From Gemmatimonadales bacterium (lineage in GTDB: Bacteria; Gemmatimonadota; Gemmatimonadetes; Gemmatimonadales; GWC2-71-9), in the NCBI GenBank assembly GCA_038205305.1, contig JBBRBZ010000005.1, positions 1-62,288 on the forward strand: 62,288 bases of DNA. Reading direction: 5' to 3'. A program made the position numbers and the translations under genes. The notes below the pieces were generated by a model, which did not search any database, was not told the origin of the DNA, and worked only from the letters and a program-made list of their open reading frames with translations. Position 1 is the stretch's first letter; each line of letters begins with the position of its first letter. This document shows, in pieces, positions 1 to 8,987 of this stretch.

Positions 1-95
1 CAGTGCGCGAGGTGCTCTCGCTCGGCAGGGCTCCACTCGGCTCCCCCATGGAGGAGCTGTGGCATCTGCTCCATCAACTGCTCGCACGTCGTCAT
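1..95 (-). CDS. Zinc-binding (ZAS/zf-HC2) anti-sigma factor, 5' part only (runs off window)
   Basis: ATG at 95 overlaps the sigma-factor stop (ATGA). Translates MTTCEQLMEQMPQLLHGGAEWSPAEREHLAH(C), the start of an HxxxCxxC motif. Not in the ORF track. Confidence 0.75.
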   Translation of the reverse strand, partial: MTTCEQLMEQMPQLLHGGAEWSPAEREHLAH

Positions 96-637
96 GCCAT
101 CCACTCCTTCAATCGCCTGACCGCATGGTGATAGTGTACCCGTGCCGCCCCGGGAGTTGTGCCGAGCGCGCCCGCAATGTCGGCATACTCCATCCCCTGC
201 TGGACACGGAGGAGGAACACCTCCCGTTGGAGGCGAGGGAGCTTTGCCAAACCGGCTCTCAGCTGCCCCTCGGCCTCATCCGCCGCCAGTTCCCCGGCGG
301 GATCAGAATGGTCCTGCAGGTCGTGGTCGTCCAGCTCGAGGTAGATTCGACCCTTGTTCTGCCGGAAGCGATCCATCAACAGGTTGCTGGCAATCCGGAA
401 CAACCAGCCGCGGAGCGCACCGTCGCCGCGCCAGCTATCCAGCCCGCGGAACGCCTTGAAGAAGGTCTCCTGCACCAAATCATCCACCTCGGCGCTGGCG
501 GCGCCGGCACTGGCGAGGTAGCGTCCCAGCGGAGTGGCATACCGGCGAACCAGCTGGGTAGCCGCAGACTCATCACCGCGGCGCCAAGCGGCAACGAGAT
601 CCGGATCACTCGGGAAGTCCGTTGCCGACTCCATCAT
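92..637 (-). CDS. ECF-family RNA polymerase sigma factor
   Basis: DLVQETF/WLFRIASN region 2 and LPRLQREVFLLR...YADIAGALG...ARVHYHHA region 4. Start taken at the internal ATG 637. Confidence 0.9.
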   Translation of the reverse strand: MMESATDFPSDPDLVAAWRRGDESAATQLVRRYATPLGRYLASAGAASAEVDDLVQETFFKAFRGLDSWRGDGALRGWLFRIASNLLMDRFRQNKGRIYLELDDHDLQDHSDPAGELAADEAEGQLRAGLAKLPRLQREVFLLRVQQGMEYADIAGALGTTPGAARVHYHHAVRRLKEWMA

Positions 638-835
638 CGGCTGGGTAGACGGTAGGGCGGCCGACCCGTTAAGTCGGGGCCTGTAGAGGCTGACAGGCGG
701 CGGCTCACCCGACACTCCTCAAGGGAGCTGACACAAGCATTGATCCGATGTTAACATATTCCACAAGTCGTTATGAACATTGTTGATAGAATGTTCCAAG
801 TCAGGTGATTTCCACTCTGTGAACATGGAATCCAG

Positions 836-1546
836 ATGAGTTTTCAACAGTTGGGGACGAATGAGCAGCCGTTCACGATCGGCCATCGCGGGGGAGCGGG
901 GCCGGCGCTGGAAAACTCGCTCACCGCCTTCCGGAACGCGGCAGGAGAGGGCCCCGGGCGATGCGATGGCGTCGAACTGGACATCCACGTCACCTCCGAT
1001 GGCGAATTCGTGGTGCATCACGACCCTGCGCTCCGTTCCGGCGCCCGCATCAGGGAGCTCACCTTCGCCCGAATCCGTGAGCAACCGCTCAGCGACGGGT
1101 CCGATGTTCCCACGCTGGGAGAAGTTCTCAGCATCATCGGCAACGTAGCCGCCTTTGTCGAGGTGAAGGAGCTGCCGCCTGAGGCCGACGGTCCCCTGCT
1201 CCGCCTGCTGGCGACAGCGGCGGACCCGACCCACATCCAGATCCATTCCTTCGACCACCGGATCGTGGCCCGGCTCAAGCAGCGTACGCCCAGTATCACC
1301 ACCGGAGTCCTCTCGTGCTCCTACCCGATCGACCCACTCGCCCAGGTCAGGGCAGCGAAGGCGGCCACCCTCTGGCAGAGTTCGGATCTCATCGACCTGG
1401 AGCTGGTGCAGGCGTGTGCCCGAGAAGGGATCGCCCTGGTGGCCTGGACAGTGAATTCGACTGATGACGCCCGACGGCTGCACCAGTTGGGAGTCACCGC
1501 CCTCTGCGGCGATTGGCCGGATCGTCTGCGTGGCGATGCCGGCTGA
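836..1546 (+). CDS. Glycerophosphodiester phosphodiesterase
   Basis: GHRG...ENS, ELDIHVTSDG..VVHHD, VEVK, AWTVN motifs. Confidence 0.9.
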   Translation: MSFQQLGTNEQPFTIGHRGGAGPALENSLTAFRNAAGEGPGRCDGVELDIHVTSDGEFVVHHDPALRSGARIRELTFARIREQPLSDGSDVPTLGEVLSIIGNVAAFVEVKELPPEADGPLLRLLATAADPTHIQIHSFDHRIVARLKQRTPSITTGVLSCSYPIDPLAQVRAAKAATLWQSSDLIDLELVQACAREGIALVAWTVNSTDDARRLHQLGVTALCGDWPDRLRGDAG

Positions 1547-1563
1547 GAGTCCCCCCAACGACG

Positions 1564-1591
1564 AAGGGCGACACCCGATGGTGTCGCCCTT
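1564..1591. terminator. Intrinsic terminator-like hairpin between convergent GDPD and rpmA
   Basis: Perfect 12-bp stem AAGGGCGACACC-cgat-GGTGTCGCCCTT; U-tail weak. Confidence 0.7.
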
Positions 1592-1616
1592 GGCGTGACG
1601 CAGTCAGTGGTCAGCT

Positions 1617-1886
1617 TCAGCCGGCGCTTGCAGCCACCGGGTAGACCGAGACCTTCTGACGGCTGCGATCCTTCCGCTCGAACTTGACGACGCCGTCAAT
1701 GTAGGAGTGGAGCGAATCGTCCTTGGCGCGGAAGACGTTGTTCCCGACATGGAACTTGGTCCCGCGCTGCTTGACCAGAATGCTCCCCGCCGTCACCAGT
1801 TCGCCGCCAAAGTGCTTGACGCCGAGGTACTGGGGGTTGGAATTGCGTCCGTTGCGGCTTGAGCCGACACCCTTCTTATGTGCCAT
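1617..1886 (-). CDS. rpmA: 50S ribosomal protein L27
   Basis: [16 protein letters not shown]...[13 protein letters not shown]. Confidence 0.98.
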   Translation of the reverse strand: MAHKKGVGSSRNGRNSNPQYLGVKHFGGELVTAGSILVKQRGTKFHVGNNVFRAKDDSLHSYIDGVVKFERKDRSRQKVSVYPVAASAG

Positions 1887-1893
1887 GGTTGCC

Positions 1894-2211
1894 TCACCCC
1901 ACCACTACGTCAGTGATGCGAACTTCAGTGAACTTCTGGCGATGGCCGGTCTTCCGGCGATAGCCCTTGCGGCGCTTGAACTTGAAGACATAGATCTTCT
2001 TTTCCTTGCCGTGCCCGACGACCTCACCGGAGACCGTGGCCCCCTTGACGGTGGGCGTCCCGGCCTGGATGGTCTCGCCCACCGAAGTAAGCAGGACCTG
2101 ATCGAAGGTCAGCTTATCGCCGGCAGACTTCTCCACCATCAACGGCATGCGAATGGTCGCCCCAGTCTCGGCGCGCCACTGCTTCCCCAATGCCTCGAAA
2201 ATCGCGTACAT
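1894..2211 (-). CDS. rplU: 50S ribosomal protein L21
   Basis: [11 protein letters not shown]...[20 protein letters not shown]; adjacent to rpmA. Confidence 0.97.
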   Translation of the reverse strand: MYAIFEALGKQWRAETGATIRMPLMVEKSAGDKLTFDQVLLTSVGETIQAGTPTVKGATVSGEVVGHGKEKKIYVFKFKRRKGYRRKTGHRQKFTEVRITDVVVG

Positions 2212-2290
2212 GGTCCCTCGTCCGGTCCTGGTCGCTTCCACTGGCTAGCCATCCAAAATAGTGCTCAGCTCCAACGGGGGCAACCCCAAG

Positions 2291-3919
2291 CTACGCCACG
2301 GCATAGATGGAGGTCACGTCCCGCCCGGCCGGCCGGGTCATCAGGCGGAACTCGTCCAGCCGGAGCATCGGGTCGTCACGGACCTCCAGCTCGATTCCGC
2401 CCTGTTTCCCGAGGGTGGCGACCAGCTTGGGTTCCTCCTCGAGGAGGTACAGGGCGACGTCGGGATGCAGCCGAACCGCCAGACGACGCTCCTTTTTCTC
2501 GATTCCCGCCCGAAGGATGGCCCGCTCCAGACGCCGGCTGACAATCTCTGGGGAGAAGATCCGCCCGGTGCCCTCGCAGGCGGGGCACTGCCTGGTCATC
2601 GAGGCCCACAGGGAAGAGCGGACCCGCTGCCGGGTCATCTCGATGAGGCCAAGTTCGGAGACGGCGAAGGCCCGCGTGCGGGCGCGGTCGCGACCGAGGT
2701 GGGTGCGCAGTTCCTGGAGCACCCGGTCCCGATTCCCCTTCGTTTCCATGTCGATGAAGTCGGCGACGATGATACCGCCCAAGTCGCGCAGCCGGATCTG
2801 CCGAGCGATCTCGCGAGCGGATTCAATATTGGTGCGGAGGATGGTCTTCTCGGGATCGCGCTTGCCCGTGTATCGGCCGGTGTTCACGTCGATCGAGATC
2901 AGCGCCTCGGTGGGCTGGATGATGACGTAGCCCCCCGTCGGCAGGTCGACCCGCGGCTTGAAGAGGTCGCGAATCTCCTCCTCGATCTTGAAACGATCGA
3001 AGAGAGGCGTCGGCTCGTCGTAGAAGTGCACCCGTTCGATCAGCTCGGGATCGATCTGCTCCAGGTACTGATGAATTTCGTGGTGCAGTTCCCGGGAATC
3101 GACCCAGAGCGCATCGACCTTGGCCGAGAAGACATCGCGGACCAAGCTACGGGTGAGCGATGCCTCACGATGCAGCAGCGCCGGCGCGCGGCGATTGTGC
3201 ATCTGCTTGCGCTTGATCTTCTTCCAGTTGCCAAGCAGCGACTGGATTTCCCTGCGGAAGTGGTCTTCGGTGACACCCTCAGCGACGGTGCGCACGATCA
3301 CGCCACCGGAATCCGGCGGGAGCAATCCTGACACCAGCTCGCGCAGCTTCACGCGCTGTTCGCGGTTCTCGATTTTGCGGGAGACACCGACCTTGGTGCC
3401 GTAAGGCGTGTAGACAAGGAAGCGTCCCGCCATGGAGATCTGGGCGGTGACCCGACAACCCTTGGTGGAGATGGGCTCCTTGGTGACTTGCACCGGGAGC
3501 GTCATGCCCTTTTTCAATCGTTCGGAGATGTCCGGGATGGCCTGCCTTGGCCCGCGTTCGCGCTTGCCGCCGTCGCCGCGACGGCGTCGGGAGACGGTCG
3601 GTTCGGCGGCATCCGCGCCCTCGGCCTCCCCTTCGGCCGCCGGCTCATCATCTTCTTCTTCGTCGGCCTCGTCGGGATCGTCGTCGGCATCGGGTTCCAG
3701 CAGGTCGGACGCGTGGAGAAAGGCGCTCTTCTCCATGCCGATGTCGACGAAGGCTGCCTGGATGCCCGGGAGGACGGCTTCTACTCGTCCGAGGTAGATG
3801 TCACCGACGGCACGCCGTTGATCGGGGCGATCGACCAGGAGTTCGACGAGTCGGTCGTCCTCGAGAATGGCCACGCGGGTCTCGCGCGGAGTGCCGGAGA
3901 TCAGGATCTCGCGTTTCAC
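2291..3919 (-). CDS. Ribonuclease E/G (Rne/Rng family)
   Basis: S1 domain ([21 protein letters not shown]), [30 protein letters not shown] Zn-link. GTG start at 3919 inferred. Confidence 0.93.
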   Translation of the reverse strand: MKREILISGTPRETRVAILEDDRLVELLVDRPDQRRAVGDIYLGRVEAVLPGIQAAFVDIGMEKSAFLHASDLLEPDADDDPDEADEEEDDEPAAEGEAEGADAAEPTVSRRRRGDGGKRERGPRQAIPDISERLKKGMTLPVQVTKEPISTKGCRVTAQISMAGRFLVYTPYGTKVGVSRKIENREQRVKLRELVSGLLPPDSGGVIVRTVAEGVTEDHFRREIQSLLGNWKKIKRKQMHNRRAPALLHREASLTRSLVRDVFSAKVDALWVDSRELHHEIHQYLEQIDPELIERVHFYDEPTPLFDRFKIEEEIRDLFKPRVDLPTGGYVIIQPTEALISIDVNTGRYTGKRDPEKTILRTNIESAREIARQIRLRDLGGIIVADFIDMETKGNRDRVLQELRTHLGRDRARTRAFAVSELGLIEMTRQRVRSSLWASMTRQCPACEGTGRIFSPEIVSRRLERAILRAGIEKKERRLAVRLHPDVALYLLEEEPKLVATLGKQGGIELEVRDDPMLRLDEFRLMTRPAGRDVTSIYAVA

Positions 3920-4441
3920 AGGGGTCTCGCTCCGGGGCGCGGCATGCGCATGCCACACCATCCGGATGGTAGAGGATCTGCACGGAACGCCGCGACGCGA
4001 CGCCCGCTGACCGGTTGGACTGCGGCACCCTGTCCGATACTCTACGGACTCGCGGACCGGTCGCACGCGAGCGACCCGATCTCCGCGAACCGCGACGCGC
4101 ACCATGGGGCTTCCGAGAGCGGTTTGGCTCTCCGGCGTCCAACGTGCCTGACGTCACGGTTTCGGATCGGATCACGCGCCTCGTCATGAGGCGACCGGCA
4201 AGGGATGTGCAGGACAACCAGCGAAGAACACCGAGCAGTGCCGTCACGAACCACCCTCGTCCCGACAACAGCTGGCCATCAGCGCCAGTCACGGGCATTT
4301 CCTGAGTGGTTCGCATGTTGATAAATGTATGTATTCATGGAACTTAGAACAAGTCCGAGCGAACTGATCGGGAACGCCGGGGGGCTCCGATACCCGCGGG
4401 CTGCTACTTTTCTCCCACACCTTTCTCCCTCGCGGGCACCG

Positions 4442-6271
4442 ATGCGTCACCGACACCCTGCAGGCCGGCTCCGGACGGGGCGACTCGCTCTGCCCCTGCT
4501 GCTGATGCTGGTCGGCTGCCACGGCGGCGACCCCGCTCCCGGTCCCCCGCAACAGGTCCTCCCAGCCATCGGTGACCACCAGGAGGCCTCCGTCGGGACG
4601 GCCGTCCCGGTGCCGCCGACAATCAAAGTGCGTGACAGCCGCGGCACCGGGATCCCGGGGGTGGTGGTACGGTTCAGCGTCGGAAGCGGTGGCGGGCGCG
4701 TCACCGGCGACTCGGCCATGACCGACGCCGCGGGCACCGCCCAGGTGGGGTCGTGGATTCTCGGAACCGCCCCAGGGCCGAACACCCTCCTTGCCACGGT
4801 GGATTCCACCGCGATCACCGGGTTGGTGACGGCCACGGCCGTCCCTGGCCCGCCGGCAGCGATCAAGGTGGTGGGTTCCCAGTTGTACACCGCCCCAGTT
4901 GGTCAGCCGGTGCTCCCGGCGCCCAAGGTTCGTGTCACCGACAGCTACCTGAACCCTGTCTCAGGGGTGGTGGTCAGCTACTCGGTGCTGTCGGGCGGTG
5001 GCACCCTCGTCGGCGCGAATGCCACGACCAATTCGGTTGGCGAGGCTCAGGTCGGAAGTTGGACACTTGGCTCCACGCCGGGCGTCAATCAGCTGGTGGC
5101 CACCGTCGCGCCTGGCGTCAGCATCACCTTCTCGGCGACGGCGCTCGTCGGCAGTCCGCTGCTCACCACGTCCACTCCGCTGGAGCAGAGCGGTTATCTC
5201 TCCTTCCCGGTCGCCGCAGTTCCGCGGGTGCAACTCGCCGATGCGTTCGGCAATCCTCTGCCGAATGTGGTAGTGACCTTCACGAAGACGGAGGGCGATG
5301 GAACCCTCAGCAATGCCACTGTCTCCACGGGGGCAGATGGCCGCACCACGCTCGGTGATTGGCGGATGGGCCCCACTGGCGGGTCCAGCACTGTGGTCGC
5401 ATCGCTGCCCGATTACCCCGGTCCGACGCTGACCTTCCATGCGACGGGCGTCTTCACCCCCTTCGTCATCGACGTCCGCTTCCTGACGACGATGTCGGCC
5501 GATTCGCGCGATGCCTTTGTCGCGGCGGCACGGCGCTGGATGCAGATCATCGTGGGGGACGTTCCCGATCAGTTGCTCTCGTTGCAGGCGGGCGCGTGCG
5601 CGACGGGGCAGCCCGCGCTCAATGAGACGATTGACGATCTGGTGATTTTCGCTTCGGTGGTCCCGATCGACGGTCCGGGCAACGTTCTTGGCAGTGCCGG
5701 ACCGTGCGTCGTCCGCAGCACCGGCTCGAAGCAGACGCTGGTCGGCACGATGCGCTTCGACGAAGCCGACCTTGCCCTGTTGCAGAGCACCAATCGCATC
5801 GTTCCCACGATTGAACACGAGATGGGGCACGTGCTTGGTTTCGGAACCGAATTCGCCCAGGGAACCACACAGGACATCGGGCTCGCCGACCCGATCTACA
5901 TCGGCAATGGGGCGCTGAGCCTCTGGAGCAGTTTCAATGCAGTGCTGCAGTATGCCGGGCGGCCGATCCCGCTCGAAAATGTGGGAGGCGCCGGCACCCG
6001 GGATTCACACTGGCGAGAGAGCGTCTTTCACGCCGAGCTGATGACGGGAACCATCGAGTATCCCGGCGTCCCGATGCCGATCTCGAAACTCACCATCGGC
6101 GTGATGCAGGACCTGGGATATCAAGTGAATTTCGCTGCCTCGGATGCGTTTGCTGGCAACCTGATCGCGGCGCCATTCGCCACGTTGGGCTCTCCAGTCC
6201 CGCTGAACGACGCCGTACAACGGGCCCGGTTCGAAGTGATGCCGGGCGGTGGAGTTCGGCGTATTCCGTGA
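4442..6271 (+). CDS. Lipoprotein with three Ig-like (Big_1-type) repeats and a C-terminal leishmanolysin-like (M8) zinc metallopeptidase
   Basis: Lipobox LLMLVG-C; repeated P.V.V.D..GNP..GVVV.F....GGG units; HEMGHVLGF, SHW, ELMTG. Confidence 0.85.
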   Translation: MRHRHPAGRLRTGRLALPLLLMLVGCHGGDPAPGPPQQVLPAIGDHQEASVGTAVPVPPTIKVRDSRGTGIPGVVVRFSVGSGGGRVTGDSAMTDAAGTAQVGSWILGTAPGPNTLLATVDSTAITGLVTATAVPGPPAAIKVVGSQLYTAPVGQPVLPAPKVRVTDSYLNPVSGVVVSYSVLSGGGTLVGANATTNSVGEAQVGSWTLGSTPGVNQLVATVAPGVSITFSATALVGSPLLTTSTPLEQSGYLSFPVAAVPRVQLADAFGNPLPNVVVTFTKTEGDGTLSNATVSTGADGRTTLGDWRMGPTGGSSTVVASLPDYPGPTLTFHATGVFTPFVIDVRFLTTMSADSRDAFVAAARRWMQIIVGDVPDQLLSLQAGACATGQPALNETIDDLVIFASVVPIDGPGNVLGSAGPCVVRSTGSKQTLVGTMRFDEADLALLQSTNRIVPTIEHEMGHVLGFGTEFAQGTTQDIGLADPIYIGNGALSLWSSFNAVLQYAGRPIPLENVGGAGTRDSHWRESVFHAELMTGTIEYPGVPMPISKLTIGVMQDLGYQVNFAASDAFAGNLIAAPFATLGSPVPLNDAVQRARFEVMPGGGVRRIP

Positions 6272-6284
6272 ACTTGCCCCGAGT

Positions 6285-7637
6285 TCATCGCCTGGAACCG
6301 GATGCCGTGCAGCGATCGCAGCCGGCGCAGCGGGTGATCGTCTCACCGAACCAGGCGAGCAGCGTGCGGCTCCTGCAGGCACGCAGCCGCGCGTAAGCGG
6401 TGATCGCCTCGAGTCGGCGTTCCGCCTCACGTCGCCGTCGGCGCACGGCCGACCAATCGACCCTGCCCCGATCCGGTCGCAACTCCATCGCCAGCCGATC
6501 AGCCGCACTCACCACTCCCGCCGGATGTCGGGAACGAAGCGCGGGATCGCGCCAGAGTTCCTCGAGCAGCCGCTCAGGCGGAAAGGTTGCCTCGAGTTGT
6601 CGCCGGGGAAGTGCGCCGTCGGCGGGGTGGAAGAAGAGCACACACCGCGCGACCTGCCCATCCCTGCCCGCACGCCCTGCCTCCTGATAGTATGACTCCG
6701 GTGTGGACGGGAGTGTCCAATGCGCGACGAGCCGCACGCCTGACTTGTCGATGCCCATGCCGAAGGCGCAGGTCGCCACCACCACGCGCAGGCGATCGTC
6801 AAGAAAGCGCTCGAGCACATCGCGACGCTCGGTCTGCTGCATGCCCGCGTGGTAGGGAGCGGCCGCCACGCCTCCCTCTACGAGGACGCGCGCCAGGGCC
6901 TCCACCAGTCCGCGGGTTGGCGCATAGACGATGGCGGCTCCCCGGGACGTCCGCACCAGCACCATCATTTTTGCCAGCCGATCCTCGCGGCTGACGACAG
7001 GCACCACTTCGAAGCGGAGATTGGGTCGGTCGAACGAGCCGAGCACCTCAACCGCATCGCGTCGGAGGCCGAGCGCGTCGTGAATTTCACGCCGCACGGC
7101 GGGAGTGGCGCTGGCGGTGAGCGCCACGCAGGGTGGCCCACCCAGGGCCGCGCGGGCTCGGCGAAGCGAGCGATAGCTCGGGCGAAAGTCGTGGCCCCAC
7201 TCGACGATGCAGTGCGCCTCGTCAACCGCGAGGCGTCCAACCGTGACCCCACTGGTCAGCAGGTCGTCACAGAGACGGGGGAGTCGCTCCGGTGAGACAT
7301 AGAGGAGCCGCAACGTGCCGGCGGCGGCCTCGCGGGTCACTGCATGCTGTTCGGCCGCATCGAGGGTGCTGTTGAGTGCCGCGGCACGTACTCCCTTGGC
7401 CAGCAGCGCGCCGACCTGATCCTGCATCAGGGCGATGAGTGGTGAGATCACGATCGTCAGGCCGGCCGATGCCAGCGCGGGGACTTGGAAGCAGAGCGAT
7501 TTGCCGCCGCCGGTGGGCAGCACGGCGAGCACATCCCGTCCACTCAGGACGTGGTGAACGACCTGTGCCTGGAGCGGCCGGAAGTCGGGGTAGCCAAAGG
7601 TACGGCGAAGCACATCGCGGGCGAGGGTGAGTGACAT
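6285..7637 (-). CDS. recQ: RecQ-family ATP-dependent DNA helicase (short form, no HRDC)
   Basis: FGYPDFRPLQ, PTGGGKS, DEAHC..EWGHDFRP, QEAGRAGRDG, C-terminal C..CxxCDRC. Confidence 0.92.
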   Translation of the reverse strand: MSLTLARDVLRRTFGYPDFRPLQAQVVHHVLSGRDVLAVLPTGGGKSLCFQVPALASAGLTIVISPLIALMQDQVGALLAKGVRAAALNSTLDAAEQHAVTREAAAGTLRLLYVSPERLPRLCDDLLTSGVTVGRLAVDEAHCIVEWGHDFRPSYRSLRRARAALGGPPCVALTASATPAVRREIHDALGLRRDAVEVLGSFDRPNLRFEVVPVVSREDRLAKMMVLVRTSRGAAIVYAPTRGLVEALARVLVEGGVAAAPYHAGMQQTERRDVLERFLDDRLRVVVATCAFGMGIDKSGVRLVAHWTLPSTPESYYQEAGRAGRDGQVARCVLFFHPADGALPRRQLEATFPPERLLEELWRDPALRSRHPAGVVSAADRLAMELRPDRGRVDWSAVRRRRREAERRLEAITAYARLRACRSRTLLAWFGETITRCAGCDRCTASGSRR

Positions 7638-7693
7638 CCATCACGAAGCAATGTTCCTCCCTTCAGGCGGGGAGCCCGTCGATGCGGAATGGG

Positions 7694-7879
7694 TCAGGGC
7701 AACGCGTCGGGATCGTCTGCGTCGTGATCGCGCCGCTCTCTGGGGACCGCGAACCGGAGCGCCAGGGCGAGGCCCAGCACCGCGATGGCCGCCCAGGTCG
7801 CCCGCCGATCGTCGAGGCGGACCGCCACCAGGGCGAGGGCGACCCCGGCGACAATCACGACCAGTCGGAGACGCTTCAC
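7694..7879 (-). CDS. Small hypothetical membrane protein (2 TM)
   Basis: 61 aa, two hydrophobic stretches, GTGA overlap with the upstream hydratase stop. Confidence 0.6.
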   Translation of the reverse strand: MKRLRLVVIVAGVALALVAVRLDDRRATWAAIAVLGLALALRFAVPRERRDHDADDPDALP

Positions 7880-8634
7880 CGTTTGAGGAACTCCGCGATC
7901 GCCTGGCGGAAGTCGGGCGTGGTCCGGGCAAGTGCATTCACGCGCGCGCCGAGGAGAATTCCCTCCTCGAAGGAACGACCCTCGAGTTCCATGAAGAGCT
8001 GCTTGGTGAGGGCGAGGGCACTGCCGCTGCGGCTTGCCAACTGGGTGAGCAGTGCCGCGGTCTCCTCGTCTAGCATCTCGTCGGGAAAGACCCGTCCGAC
8101 GAGTCCGGCGGCAGCGGCCTCGGCGGCGGTCAACAGGCGCCCGGTCGCCACCAGATCGAAGGCGAGCTTCTCACCGGTCACTCGCCGCAGCATCGTCATC
8201 ACCATGGCCGGAACGAAGCCCCTGGCAATCTCGGGATAACCGATCCGACTCGACGCACCGGCGAAAACCAGATCGCATGCGGTCGCCAGCCCGGCGCCGC
8301 CCGCGAGCGCGCGGCCGTGGACAATCGCAACGGAGGGCTTGGGAAGGCGTCGCAGGGCCAGAAAGAGTTCCCCGAGTGCCAGGGCACTCCGCTCATTCTC
8401 CGCAACCGTGGCATCGGCGGAAGCAAGCAGTTCGTCGAGGTCCGCGCCGGCACAGAAGTCCTTCCCCGCGCCGCGAATCGCCACCACGCGAACGTCGGCA
8501 TCGAGTTCGGCCCGGGCGAATCCCTCGGCAAGTCCGTCGATCACGGAGGCATCGATCGCGTTGCGCTTCTCCGGCCGATTGAGGGTGAGGGTGAGGACGC
8601 CACCCGCGAGGGTCGTGAGGACGGTGTCGTTCAT
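7876..8634 (-). CDS. Enoyl-CoA hydratase/isomerase (methylglutaconyl-CoA hydratase LiuC-like)
   Basis: LNRPEKRNA, FCAGADL, ALAGGAGL, GYPEIARG. Confidence 0.88.
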   Translation of the reverse strand: MNDTVLTTLAGGVLTLTLNRPEKRNAIDASVIDGLAEGFARAELDADVRVVAIRGAGKDFCAGADLDELLASADATVAENERSALALGELFLALRRLPKPSVAIVHGRALAGGAGLATACDLVFAGASSRIGYPEIARGFVPAMVMTMLRRVTGEKLAFDLVATGRLLTAAEAAAAGLVGRVFPDEMLDEETAALLTQLASRSGSALALTKQLFMELEGRSFEEGILLGARVNALARTTPDFRQAIAEFLKR

Positions 8635-8987
8635 ACGCTCGCCTTCCTCGCGCGACTGGCCAGCGCACGGGGCACCTCGATTTCCATCCGCAGCAAGGCG
8701 GTCGAGAAGACTTTACCCTGCGCGTCGGTCTTGAGCGAGAGAGTCCCTCCGCCATCGAGCGCGCCGTGCAGAAGAAAGTTCAGCGCATGCAGGTTGGGCA
8801 ACTCGAACCGCTCCACCCCGCTGACCATGCCCCTGAAATGTCGGGCGACCCGGGCACGGGTCACCTGCTTGACGAGGACAGGATACCACTCGGGCTCGAG
8901 CGCGATCAGTCCCACGTTGGCGGAGTCGCCCTTGTCGCCGGACCGAGCGTGGGCGAGGTATCGAAGCTGGATCGGGACGCCGGCCAT
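8631..8987 (-). CDS. AtuA-related small protein (AtuA C-terminal-domain homolog)
   Basis: AHARSGDKGD.ANVG, RFELPNLHALNF, GGG..SL..D.QGK. Confidence 0.85.
   Translation of the reverse strand: MAGVPIQLRYLAHARSGDKGDSANVGLIALEPEWYPVLVKQVTRARVARHFRGMVSGVERFELPNLHALNFLLHGALDGGGTLSLKTDAQGKVFSTALLRMEIEVPRALASRARKASV

Noticed and set aside
670-694. Fourth copy of the N15 dyad (TAAGT...CTGAC)
   Set aside because: The right half-site does not match.
3920-4320. RNase P RNA, tmRNA or SRP RNA in the long intergenic region
   Set aside because: I could not find the RNase P GAGGAAAGUCC signature or tRNA-like tmRNA ends on either strand. Kept only as a candidate structured leader.
7638-7693. SOS box upstream of recQ (GTTCctccCTTC)
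   Set aside because: Half-site spacing is N4 rather than the 11-bp period at lexA, and the GG extension is missing.
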